Part shown: one piece after another, positions 1 through 8,444 of the stretch
Position numbering within the stretch: position 1 is the stretch's first letter
Layout: each line of letters begins with the position of its first letter
From: an uncultured Clostridia bacterium
GTDB taxonomy: Bacteria > Bacillota > Clostridia > TANB77 > CAG-508
Length of the DNA stretch: 36,307 nt
Assembly (NCBI GenBank): GCA_947627785.1
Contig: CANQXC010000108.1
Span: 1-36,307 of the forward strand
Direction of reading: 5' to 3'
The notes under the pieces: model-generated
Told to the model about the DNA's origin: nothing
The model's database searches: none
What the model saw: the letters and a program-made list of their open reading frames with translations, nothing else
Made by a program: the position numbers and the translations under genes

Positions 1-77
1 GCACTTATAGCTCAGGTGGATAGAGCGCTCCCCTCCTAAGGGAGAGGCCACTGGTTCGAATCCAGTTAGGTGCACCA
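1..77 (+). tRNA. tRNA-Arg (anticodon CCU), CCA encoded
   Basis: Hand-folded cloverleaf. Acceptor GCACTTA/TAGGTGC, D stem GCTC/GAGC, anticodon stem CTCCC/GGGAG with loop CTCCTAA (anticodon CCT), T stem ACTGG/CCAGT with TTCGAAT loop, then ACCA. Confidence 0.93.
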
Positions 78-120
78 GTAACTATCTGTTTGAAATAATA
101 GAATAAATATATACAAAAAT

Positions 121-146
121 CATTCTGAAAAAGAATGTTTTTTTTA
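121..146 (+). terminator. Rho-independent terminator downstream of the tRNA
   Basis: Hairpin CATTCT-gaaaa-AGAATG followed by a run of 8-9 T. Confidence 0.7.
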
Positions 147-230
147 TTGTAAAACAACAAGGTTCCTGGGAACCCACCCACAATCTTTGATTGTGATGGT
201 GGGTAGGGTTCTTATTATTATAAAAAATAC

Positions 231-259
231 TTGACTTTTACAAACAAACGTTTCATAAT
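231..259 (+). promoter_or_regulatory. sigmaA-type promoter for the DinD-like ORF
   Basis: TTGACT, 17-nt spacer, CATAAT, about 20 nt upstream of the ORF start. Confidence 0.5.
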
Positions 260-279
260 CATACCATAACAAATAAAAA

Positions 280-684
280 ATGGAGATGATATTATTGAAA
301 AAAATAGATAAAAATAATAAATCATTTGAAGATATTAAACATATTGATGAAAATAATGTTGAATTTTGGTATGCTAGAGAACTTATGAAAGTTTTAAATT
401 ATAAAGATTGGAGATATTTTGACGCAGTAATTGAAAAAGCAAAAATAGCATGTCAAAACTCTGAAATAACTGATATTGACCATTTCGTTGTCAGCAACAA
501 AATGGTAGAAATAGGTTCTGGAGCAAAAAGAGAACAAAAAGATTATAAATTAACAAGATATGCTTGCTATCTTATAGTTCAAAATGCAAATCCTAGATTA
601 AAAATTGTGGCTCTAGCTCAAACATATTATGCAGTTCAAGCTAGAAAACAGGATATTAGAGAAAAAGAGTATATTATAATATAA
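280..684 (+). CDS. DinD-family (DNA-damage-inducible protein D) N-terminal fragment, probably truncated
   Basis: Recalled DinD signature: FEDIKH..E.WYAREL...L.Y.DWR.F..VIEKAK.AC..S......HF....KMVEIGSGAKRE..DYKLTRYACYLIVQNANP...IALAQTYYAVQARKQ. The ORF is only 134 aa, whereas family members are roughly twice that length, and it ends in an unrelated short tail. Confidence 0.6.
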   Translation: MEMILLKKIDKNNKSFEDIKHIDENNVEFWYARELMKVLNYKDWRYFDAVIEKAKIACQNSEITDIDHFVVSNKMVEIGSGAKREQKDYKLTRYACYLIVQNANPRLKIVALAQTYYAVQARKQDIREKEYIII

Positions 685-725
685 AAAACTTTTTTAATAG
701 CAATTGTAAAAATTACTAAATAGAC

Positions 726-754
726 TTGATAAATTATTACTTTTATGTTAAAGT
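726..754 (+). promoter_or_regulatory. Possible sigmaA-type promoter for tadA
   Basis: TTGATA, 17-nt spacer, TAAAGT. Confidence 0.35.
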
Positions 755-844
755 AAAAACAGCAAATTTTTTGATATTTGTATCAATTATCCAAAAATCA
801 ATAAAGTTGTAGATAACTACGCTAACAGCCAAAAAGGAGCATTC

Positions 845-1294
845 ATGGAAGAAAAATGGATGAAAGAGGCTTTAAAAGAAGCCAAAAAAGCCTATGAAAA
901 ACAAGAAATACCAGTAGGTGCAGTAATAGTAAAAGAAAATAAAATAATAGCAAGAGGGCATAACTTAAAAGAAACAAAAAAAACAGCATTAGCTCATGCA
1001 GAGATAATAGCAATACAAAAAGCAAATAAAAAGTTAGATAATTGGAGACTTTTAGACTGCGATATATATGTAACATTAGAGCCATGTTCAATGTGTCTAG
1101 GAGCGATAGCTTCATCAAGAATAAAAAATGTGTATATAGGAACATTAGACCCAAAAAGTAATGAGGACATTGAACAAAAAATATTAAAATACAAAGAACA
1201 ATATGGAATTGATGCAAAAATAGGACTAATGCAAAAAGAATGCGAATATATTTTAAAAGATTTCTTTAAAAATTTAAGAAAAAACGGAGGATAA
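845..1294 (+). CDS. tadA: tRNA-specific adenosine deaminase
   Basis: CDA-fold zinc motifs HAE (..LAHAEIIAI..) and PCxxC (LEPCSMCLGAI). Size is 149 aa. An AAGGAG RBS lies 6 nt upstream of the ATG. Confidence 0.9.
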   Translation: MEEKWMKEALKEAKKAYEKQEIPVGAVIVKENKIIARGHNLKETKKTALAHAEIIAIQKANKKLDNWRLLDCDIYVTLEPCSMCLGAIASSRIKNVYIGTLDPKSNEDIEQKILKYKEQYGIDAKIGLMQKECEYILKDFFKNLRKNGG

Positions 1295-1295
1295 A

Positions 1296-2042
1296 ATGCA
1301 AATATATGGAGAGAAAAAATTCAACAAGGCTTTGTACATAAGTGTATTATTAATAATAATTGCATTAATAGTAGTTTTTTTTATCATGTATAAATATACT
1401 GTTGAAGGAGAAGCAATACCACCATTTCAAATATCAAAAATGGTAGTTGTAAGTAGTGCAAAAACACAAGATATAGAAATTGTAGAAAATGGATATAGCA
1501 CAAAAGTAGTACAAAATAATGATATAAAAATAGCAATTGAAAAGAATCCAGAATATAAGAAAGAAGCAATAATTAGAAAAATAACTATAAATAATATTCA
1601 AATAGATAAGAAAAATTCAATTGGAAATATAGAGATATATAGACCATCACAGGAAGAAAATAAGCTATATGAATATCAAGAACAGTATAAAATAAAAGAT
1701 AAAATAGAGTATGAAGGAGCACAAGAGACTTATTCAAAAGGAGAAAAACTCCAAATAGCAAATCAAGGGGGAATAATAGATTTTTCAGTAATATTAAATG
1801 ATTTAGGAACAACTAACTATACTGAAAATGAACTAAATGTAGATGGTACATTACTTAAGAACATGGGAATTTCAAATGAACAAATATCATTTGAAATGAA
1901 ATTTGACCTAATAGTAGAATTAGAAAATGATATAAAATTAAAAACAAAAATAACATTAGATTTACCAACAGGAAATATATTAGAAGAAGGAATAGAAACA
2001 TTAGAACAAACAGATATGAAAACAATCTTTAAGAGAATATAA
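1296..2042 (+). CDS. Hypothetical protein with an N-terminal membrane anchor, coupled to tadA
   Basis: The ATG lies 1 nt after the tadA stop. There is one hydrophobic helix (LYISVLLIIIALIVVFFIM), then a Lys/Glu/Asn-rich soluble domain. I recognised no family. Confidence 0.55.
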   Translation: MQIYGEKKFNKALYISVLLIIIALIVVFFIMYKYTVEGEAIPPFQISKMVVVSSAKTQDIEIVENGYSTKVVQNNDIKIAIEKNPEYKKEAIIRKITINNIQIDKKNSIGNIEIYRPSQEENKLYEYQEQYKIKDKIEYEGAQETYSKGEKLQIANQGGIIDFSVILNDLGTTNYTENELNVDGTLLKNMGISNEQISFEMKFDLIVELENDIKLKTKITLDLPTGNILEEGIETLEQTDMKTIFKRI

Positions 2043-2142
2043 ATGCCTCAAATTTAGTTTCTGTTCTTGCTATGCTAGTTAATGCAATATAAATAGACTA
2101 GAATATTTTGTGCTATTTGGTAAGAAAAAATAAAAAAAACAC

Positions 2143-2171
2143 TTGATTAAATAAGAATAACAGTATATAAT
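2143..2171 (+). promoter_or_regulatory. sigmaA-type promoter of the SRP RNA gene
   Basis: TTGATT, exact 17-nt spacer, TATAAT. Confidence 0.55.
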
Positions 2172-2179
2172 AATAAATG

Positions 2180-2302
2180 AAAAGTTAACCTTTGTATGGA
2201 GAGTAATTCAATAAATAACTATGAACCTCGTCAGGTCTGGAAGGAAGCAGCGATAAATAGTGCCATTTATGTGGATTGCTTTCCATAGAGAGGTTAACTT
2301 AT
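2180..2302 (+). ncRNA. ffs: Signal recognition particle RNA, short (4.5S-like) form
   Basis: Conserved helix-8 core GTCAGGTCTGGAAGGAAGCAGC. The 5' end GTTAACCTTTGTATGGAGAG pairs with the 3' end CTTTCCATAGAGAGGTTAAC in about 19 of 20 positions. It sits immediately upstream of dnaX, as in other Firmicutes. Confidence 0.85.
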
Positions 2303-2321
2303 GTAGTATAGGAGGGAACCT

Positions 2322-3887
2322 ATGGCATATACTGCTTTATATAGAAAATTTAGACCAATCAGTTTTGATGAAATGGTAGGACAAGAACATATAACAAAAA
2401 CACTAAAAAATCAAATAGTTGCAAATAGAGTAGGACATGCATATTTATTTAGTGGTGGTAGAGGAACAGGAAAGACATCAGCAGCTAAAATTATGGCAAG
2501 AGCAGTAAACTGTTTAAATCCAAAAGAAGATGGAGAACCATGTAATGAATGTGCAAATTGTAAGGCTATATTAGAAGGATCATTAACAGATGTTGTAGAA
2601 ATGGATGCTGCTTCAAATAACAGTGTAGAAGACATTAGGCTAATTAGAGATGAAGTTAATTTTTTACCAACAGTTGCAAAATATAGAGTATATATAATAG
2701 ATGAGGTACATATGCTATCAACAGGGGCATTCAATGCACTTTTGAAAACATTAGAAGAACCACCAGAACATGTAAAATTTATATTAGCAACAACAGAGCC
2801 TCAAAAATTGCCAGCAACAATACTTTCAAGATGTCAAAGATTTGATTTTAAAAGAATTTCAGTAGAAGATATTGCAAAAAGATTAAAAATAATATGCAAA
2901 GAAAGTAACATAGAAATAACAGATGAAGCAATAAAAATGATAGCAATATTAGCAGAAGGTGCATTAAGAGATGGAATAAGCATATTAGAAAGATGTAGTC
3001 AAGAAGCAGATGGAGTTATAGATGAAGATAAAATAAGAGATTTAGTAGGAATGCCAAGACTTACATATATTAAAGAAATAGTAAAAAATATCATAGAAAA
3101 AGAGCTAGAAAAGGCAATAGAAACTACAAATGAGATTATAAAAGAAGGAAAAGATTTAGATAATTTTTTATGGGAAGTTATAAAATATATTAAAGATATG
3201 TTAATATATAAAACAACTCAAAAATTAGAGTTATATAGTGCAGAAGATATAGAATATATAAAAAATCTTGCAGAACAAATTTCAAAAGAAAGAATATTAA
3301 ACTTAATATATGAATTATCAGAATTAAGTAGCGATATGAAAGCATCTACACAGAAAAATATAATATTCCAAACAGGTATAATAAAAGCATGTATGGAAAT
3401 AGAGATTAGAAATGAAAATATAGATTATGGAGCACCTTTGCAAAAAGAGATTACAACAAAAACAAACTCAGCCCCTAAAATTCAGCAAAAGGTTGTAGAA
3501 CAAAAACAACCAAAACCAGCCAAAACAGTTTCAAGTGTTCCTTCAGGAAAATATGTTCCATACTGGCAAAATGTATTAGAAAAAATAAAACAAAGTGGCA
3601 AAATGACTATGTATGCAAATCTTCTAGGAACTAAGGGAGTTTTATTAAATGATATGCAAATTGGAATAGAATTTCAAAATAAAGTAACTGACTTTGCTAA
3701 GAAAGTAATAGAAGAACATGAAAATAAACAATTAATTGAAAAAATAGTATCAATGGAGCAAGGTGCACCAATGCAAGTAAAAATAATAGATAAGGCACAA
3801 GAAAATGCTCAAAGTAATACAAAAAGTGAAGGAATAGAAGGCTTAGCAAATGAAATGGATTTACCATTTAATGTAATTGATGAATAA
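2322..3887 (+). CDS. dnaX: DNA polymerase III subunit gamma/tau
   Basis: Walker A GGRGTGKTS, zinc module CxxCxxC (CNECANCKAI), DEVHML, and clamp-loader SRC motif (LSRCQRF). Confidence 0.95.
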   Translation: MAYTALYRKFRPISFDEMVGQEHITKTLKNQIVANRVGHAYLFSGGRGTGKTSAAKIMARAVNCLNPKEDGEPCNECANCKAILEGSLTDVVEMDAASNNSVEDIRLIRDEVNFLPTVAKYRVYIIDEVHMLSTGAFNALLKTLEEPPEHVKFILATTEPQKLPATILSRCQRFDFKRISVEDIAKRLKIICKESNIEITDEAIKMIAILAEGALRDGISILERCSQEADGVIDEDKIRDLVGMPRLTYIKEIVKNIIEKELEKAIETTNEIIKEGKDLDNFLWEVIKYIKDMLIYKTTQKLELYSAEDIEYIKNLAEQISKERILNLIYELSELSSDMKASTQKNIIFQTGIIKACMEIEIRNENIDYGAPLQKEITTKTNSAPKIQQKVVEQKQPKPAKTVSSVPSGKYVPYWQNVLEKIKQSGKMTMYANLLGTKGVLLNDMQIGIEFQNKVTDFAKKVIEEHENKQLIEKIVSMEQGAPMQVKIIDKAQENAQSNTKSEGIEGLANEMDLPFNVIDE

Positions 3888-3912
3888 AAAAATATGAAAG
3901 GAATGATTTATT

Positions 3913-4254
3913 ATGTCAAAAAGAGGAGGATTCCCAGGAATGGGTGGATTTGGAGGAATGAATATTAATCAACTAATGAAGGAAGCAAAAAAAATGCAAG
4001 CAGATATGGAAAAATCTCAAGAAGAATTACAAGTAAAAGAATTTGAATCAACCGCAGGAGGGGGAGCAATAACTGTAAAGGTTGCAGGCACAAAGCAAAT
4101 AAAGGAAATAAAAATTAGCAAAGATGTAGTAGACCCAGATGATGTAGAAATGTTACAAGATTTAATAATGACATGTGTGAATGACGCTATAAAAAAGGTA
4201 GATGCAGCACAAGCAGCACAATTTGGAAAATATAACATACCAGGTTTAATGTAG
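3913..4254 (+). CDS. ybaB: YbaB/EbfC-family nucleoid-associated protein
   Basis: A 113-aa protein with the typical N-terminal Gly-rich segment, MQ..MEK.Q.EL, and GGG.ITV...G. It lies between dnaX and recR. Confidence 0.9.
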   Translation: MSKRGGFPGMGGFGGMNINQLMKEAKKMQADMEKSQEELQVKEFESTAGGGAITVKVAGTKQIKEIKISKDVVDPDDVEMLQDLIMTCVNDAIKKVDAAQAAQFGKYNIPGLM

Positions 4255-4263
4255 GGGGAAAAT

Positions 4264-4866
4264 ATGTCATCATACTATTCACCAACAATAGAACGTCTAA
4301 TAGAAAACTTTGAAAAATTGCCAAGCATAGGACACAAAACTGCAACAAGATTAGCATTTCATATGCTAAATTTAAATGAAGAAGGAATAAATGAATTTAT
4401 AAATTCAATAGTTGAAGCAAAGAAAAATTTAAAATATTGTTCAAAATGCTTCAACATAACAGATACAGACCCATGTCCAATATGTAATAGCCCAAAAAGA
4501 GACCAGTCAACAATATGTGTTGTAGAAGATGTAAAAGATGTAGTGGCAATGGAAAAAACACATGAATTCAAAGGAGTATATCATGTATTACATGGTTCAA
4601 TTTCTCCAATGAATGGAATAGGTCCAGAAGATATAAAAATAAAAGAACTATTGGAACGTATAAAAAATGTAGATGTAAAAGAAATAATAATTGCCACAAA
4701 TCCTAGAGTAGAAGGAGAGGCAACAGCAATATATCTATCTAAACTAATAAAACCAATTGGAATAAAAGTAACTAGAATAGCTCATGGAATACCGGTTGGT
4801 GGAGATTTAGAATATACAGATGAAGTAACACTAAGTAAAGCACTAGAAGGAAGACGAGAACTATAA
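4264..4866 (+). CDS. recR: Recombination protein RecR
   Basis: N-terminal HhH ([14 protein letters not shown]), C4 zinc finger (CSKC...CPIC), and Toprim region (VVED..DV.A.E). Confidence 0.95.
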   Translation: MSSYYSPTIERLIENFEKLPSIGHKTATRLAFHMLNLNEEGINEFINSIVEAKKNLKYCSKCFNITDTDPCPICNSPKRDQSTICVVEDVKDVVAMEKTHEFKGVYHVLHGSISPMNGIGPEDIKIKELLERIKNVDVKEIIIATNPRVEGEATAIYLSKLIKPIGIKVTRIAHGIPVGGDLEYTDEVTLSKALEGRREL

Positions 4867-4905
4867 AAATAATTTAAAAATAGTGTTATTTTATTTAAAT
4901 AAAAA

Positions 4906-5058
4906 TTAAAGTGATAATATAGCAAGATTATCGCCAAGAGCAGAAAAGAAGGCAGAGAGTTTGCTAAGTTCGTTGCTATCATATTCTTCTGCTATTGCAA
5001 TAGATAGACTACTAGCAAGTAGTACAAGCTCTGCATTAGAAAAATTAGAAACGCACAA
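4906..5058 (-). CDS. Small (50-aa) conserved-looking hypothetical protein with a TTG start, below the ORF-track size cutoff
   Basis: Hand translation gives M(ttg)CVSNFSNAELVLLASSLSIAIAEEYDSNELSKLSAFFSALGDNLAILSL*. The pattern (..AEL.LLAS.L.IAIAE....EL..L...F..LGD.LA.L) resembles a small-protein family I recall from Clostridia. A GAGGTGA sequence lies 5 nt upstream of the TTG. An alternative GTG start is at 5067. The RBS sits inside a terminator stem, which lowers confidence. Confidence 0.4.
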   Translation of the reverse strand: MCVSNFSNAELVLLASSLSIAIAEEYDSNELSKLSAFFSALGDNLAILSL

Positions 5059-5096
5059 AAAACTCACCTCTAATAAATATATGAGATGAGTTTTTT
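5056..5096. terminator. Bidirectional Rho-independent terminator (recR side and GT28-gene side)
   Basis: Stem AACTCACCTC/GAGATGAGTT with one mismatch, flanked by an A run on the left and a T run on the right. Confidence 0.55.
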
Positions 5097-5183
5097 CTTA
5101 TGCAATAAAACTAATTTTCAGGTAGATATTTTTCAAAAGTTTCTATATCATCATTAATTTATAGTTATAAAAGTTCTGATTTT

Positions 5184-6308
5184 TTATCCTAATAAAATTT
5201 TACAAATATCTTTAGTAGAATTCTTTTTAGCAATCAATCTAGCTTTAATCTTCATATTTTGTAACTTATAAGGAGAATTAAATAAATCGTATAAAATTTC
5301 CTCTATGTTATCTGTTTTTCTAATCCAAATACCAGCACCACTATTTTCAACATATTGAGCATTTTCTTCTTCTTGCCCAGGAAGAGGGTCAATAATAATT
5401 AAAGGAAGTCCAGAAGCCAAGCTCTCTGTTGTAGTAAGGCCACCTGGCTTAGTAATAACTAAATCAGAAACGCTCATAAGTTCAGGTACTTTATCAGTAA
5501 AAGATAATATCTTAACAGAATCTTCAGAATTTGTTTCAGTAACTAATTCATCAAAACGTTCCTTCATCTTTTCATTTTTACCAGCGATAGCGATAATTTG
5601 TAGATAAGGAAAATTAGCAATAATTGATTTTAGCATATTAAAAGTTTTATCTTTACCAAATCCATAAGCTCCTCCAGCAAAGAAAAGAATAGTTTTTTTA
5701 TTTATTGATAAATCATATTCATTTAAAATTTTAGCTTTATCATAATTAAGTAGGAATTTATTAGAAAGGGGAATACCAGTAGCAAAAATTTTTTTAGATT
5801 CAACACCTCTTTCAATTAAATCATTTTTCATACCTTCATGAGCAACAAAATAAAAATCAACAAACTCATGAGCAACAAGCCATTGACTATGTGGTGCATA
5901 ATCAGTCATAACAGTAGCAAGTGGGCAAGTAATTTTTCCTTTTTGTTTTAAAATTGCACACATTTGGCTACTAAAAGGATGAGTTGAAATTATCAAATCA
6001 GGTTTAAAATCTTGTAATAATTTATTAAGTTTAATTGCCATAATTCTATTTATAGAATTACTTATTTTAGATAAACTGCCACTTTCAGAGCCATAATAAA
6101 TCTGCTTCCACATCCAACGGGCATTTGTAGAAAAATCATTATAAGCTTTAGTAGTAACTTTATTTAAAATTTTATTAATATATTCTATACAATCAACTAA
6201 AACAATTTCTGAAACATTATAATTATTTTGAATATAATCTCTAATATTTCTAGCAGCAGATAAATGACCTCCACCGTAAGAACCATAAAAAATTAAAATT
6301 TTATTCAT
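5184..6308 (-). CDS. MGDG-synthase/UgtP-family (GT28) diacylglycerol glycosyltransferase
   Basis: N-terminal ILIFYGSYGGGHLSAARNI motif, C-terminal GT-B region (ITKPGGLTTTESLASGLPLII..P.PGQEE.NA), 374 aa. Confidence 0.75.
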   Translation of the reverse strand: MNKILIFYGSYGGGHLSAARNIRDYIQNNYNVSEIVLVDCIEYINKILNKVTTKAYNDFSTNARWMWKQIYYGSESGSLSKISNSINRIMAIKLNKLLQDFKPDLIISTHPFSSQMCAILKQKGKITCPLATVMTDYAPHSQWLVAHEFVDFYFVAHEGMKNDLIERGVESKKIFATGIPLSNKFLLNYDKAKILNEYDLSINKKTILFFAGGAYGFGKDKTFNMLKSIIANFPYLQIIAIAGKNEKMKERFDELVTETNSEDSVKILSFTDKVPELMSVSDLVITKPGGLTTTESLASGLPLIIIDPLPGQEEENAQYVENSGAGIWIRKTDNIEEILYDLFNSPYKLQNMKIKARLIAKKNSTKDICKILLG

Positions 6309-6436
6309 AAATATCCCTTCTATTTAAAAATATTATATCATAATTTTTTCAAAAAAAGTATATTTTAAGGAAATTAATGCAAAATAGATAGTAATAGTTA
6401 TTTCAGTACAATTAATAACAAATGTAAAGGAGAAAT

Positions 6437-6901
6437 ATGAAGAGAATAATTTATTTAACAATAACATTTTTTGTTTTAATAATGATTGCAATTATAGCAA
6501 ATCAAAATAAAACAAATATATCTTATGCACAAAGTGCAAGTAGTACATCAGATATACAGCTTCTTGCAAGAGCAATAAATGGAGAAGCAAGAGGAGAGAG
6601 TTATGAAGGACAAGTTGCAGTTGGTGCAGTAATACTAAATCGTGTAAAACATCCAGACTTTCCAAATACAATTGCAGGCGTAATATATCAATCAGGAGCA
6701 TTTACAGCTGTATCAGATGGACAAATAAATAATCCAATAGATGAAAATTCAACAGTATATAAGGCAGCAAGAGATGCTATGAATGGTTGGGATCCTACAA
6801 ATGGATGTGTATATTATTTTAATCCAAATACAGCAACTAACAAATGGATATGGTCTAAAACAATTGTAAAAACAATAGGCAAACACCATTTTTGTAAATA
6901 A
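6437..6901 (+). CDS. sleB: SleB/CwlJ-family spore cortex-lytic cell wall hydrolase (catalytic domain only, with signal peptide)
   Basis: LLARAINGEARGESYEGQVAVGAVILNRV....FPNTI.GVIYQ.GAFTAV.DGQ matches the Hydrolase_2 signature. It lies directly upstream of ypeB. Confidence 0.75.
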   Translation: MKRIIYLTITFFVLIMIAIIANQNKTNISYAQSASSTSDIQLLARAINGEARGESYEGQVAVGAVILNRVKHPDFPNTIAGVIYQSGAFTAVSDGQINNPIDENSTVYKAARDAMNGWDPTNGCVYYFNPNTATNKWIWSKTIVKTIGKHHFCK

Positions 6902-7002
6902 ACCGTAATGGGAAGAAAAATTATATGTAAAATTCTAATATAAAATATTTAAATATGATATTTAGGGTATATTTATAAATTTAAGAAAGGATGATTCTTA
7001 TA

Positions 7003-8379
7003 ATGAAGAATAACATTTTAAAGACAATGAAAAAAAACTACATGTATGGAGTGGCAATAGTGCTTATAATAGCAATAATTGTAATGGCAATACTTTGGTA
7101 TAGGCAGAAAAATGAATATGTAATAGCAACAGAAAATGGATATAATTTAGCGTTCTATGAATTAGTAGATTATATACAAGATGTAGAAAATTATCTAGCT
7201 AAATCTACGATATCAAGTTCATCAGAGCAAAGTGCAGAAAGCTTAATACATGTATGGAGACAAGCAAATTTAGCACAAGTATATTTAGCACAATTACCAA
7301 TATCAACAAATGAATTAGCTAATACTGCTAAATTTTTAAATCAGGTTAGTGATTATAGCCATACTTTAGCAAGAAAATCAATTGGTGGAGAAGATTTAGC
7401 TCAAGAAGAGTTGGATAATTTAGAGCAATTACATGATTATTCACTTAATTTAAAAACAACATTAGAGCAACTTTCAGAAGATATGTCTAATGGAAAAATA
7501 AGTTGGAGAGAATTAACGAAAGATGTAGATACTACATTTGCTCAACAAGTAGATAATTTATCTGCAACAAGCTTTAGCAATATAGATGAAAACTTTGGTG
7601 AATATGAAGGCTTAATATATGATGGAGCATATTCAGAACACATAGAAAGTGCAGAGAAGAAAGGCTTAGTAGGAAATGATGTAACAGAAGAAGAAGCGAA
7701 ACAAAAAGCAATAAGTTTTATAGGACAAGATAAGGTTCAAGAAGTAAAATCAAATGGGTTAATAGAAAATGGAGATATACAAGTTTATGATTTTGTAATA
7801 ACAGCAAAAGAGGGAGACAAAAATAATCCATTAACAATATCAATATCTAAAAAAGGTGGACACATAGTAGTAGCAAACTATAATAGAGATGTAAAAGAAG
7901 AAAAAATATCAAGAGAAGAAGCAAATGAAATAGGAAAAAATTTCTTAAATAACCTTGGAATACCAAACATGGAACCAACTTACTTTTTAAAACAAGGTGG
8001 AGTAATGACAATAAACTATGCATATACACAAGATAATGTAACAATTTATTCTGATTTAATAAAGTTAAAAGTTGCATTAGATAATGGAGAAATACTTGGA
8101 ATGGAAACTAGTGGATATTTGAATAACCATACGGAAAGAACAATTGGAAAGCCTTCCATTACAATAGAACAAGCAAAAGCAACATTAAATGACAATTTAA
8201 ATATAACAAGTGAAGGTTTAGCAATAATTCCAACAGAATGGAAAACAGAGATTTTTTGCTATGAATTTAAAGGCAAAATCAATGAAACAGATTTTTTAGT
8301 GTATGTTAATGCAAACACAGGAAAAGAAGAAAACATTTTAGTTATTATAGAAACACCAGATGGAATTTTAACACAGTAA
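7003..8379 (+). CDS. ypeB: Germination protein YpeB
   Basis: N-terminal TM helix, then ENGYNLAFYEL.DY...VE.YLAK and C-terminal PepSY-like repeats. It is paired with sleB. The track start at 6991 has no spacing from its RBS, so I prefer the ATG at 7003. Confidence 0.85.
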   Translation: MKNNILKTMKKNYMYGVAIVLIIAIIVMAILWYRQKNEYVIATENGYNLAFYELVDYIQDVENYLAKSTISSSSEQSAESLIHVWRQANLAQVYLAQLPISTNELANTAKFLNQVSDYSHTLARKSIGGEDLAQEELDNLEQLHDYSLNLKTTLEQLSEDMSNGKISWRELTKDVDTTFAQQVDNLSATSFSNIDENFGEYEGLIYDGAYSEHIESAEKKGLVGNDVTEEEAKQKAISFIGQDKVQEVKSNGLIENGDIQVYDFVITAKEGDKNNPLTISISKKGGHIVVANYNRDVKEEKISREEANEIGKNFLNNLGIPNMEPTYFLKQGGVMTINYAYTQDNVTIYSDLIKLKVALDNGEILGMETSGYLNNHTERTIGKPSITIEQAKATLNDNLNITSEGLAIIPTEWKTEIFCYEFKGKINETDFLVYVNANTGKEENILVIIETPDGILTQ

Positions 8380-8444
8380 ATTTATAAAAATCTAAAATTA
8401 AGAATTTAAAATGTAGAATTTAAAATTTAGGATCTGAGATTAAT

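Noticed and set aside
843-1217. A 124-aa minus-strand ORF overlapping tadA. Similar antisense ORFs occur at 994-1194, 1384-1812, 2411-2734, 4017-4238 and 4359-4571.
   Set aside because: These are shadow ORFs opposite well-supported genes. The products are Leu/Phe/Ile-rich low-complexity sequences typical of antisense frames in AT-rich DNA, and they have no RBS.
4782-4982. A 66-aa minus-strand track ORF overlapping the recR 3' end.
   Set aside because: It overlaps recR, has a low-complexity translation and has no RBS. A different minus-strand frame (4906-5058) gives a much more protein-like small product.
8401-8426. Direct repeat AGAATTTAAAAT occurring twice (8401-8412 and 8415-8426), just left of the inverted-repeat element.
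   Set aside because: There are only two short AT-only copies in an AT-rich spacer, which is not distinguishable from chance. It is not a CRISPR-like or iteron-like array.
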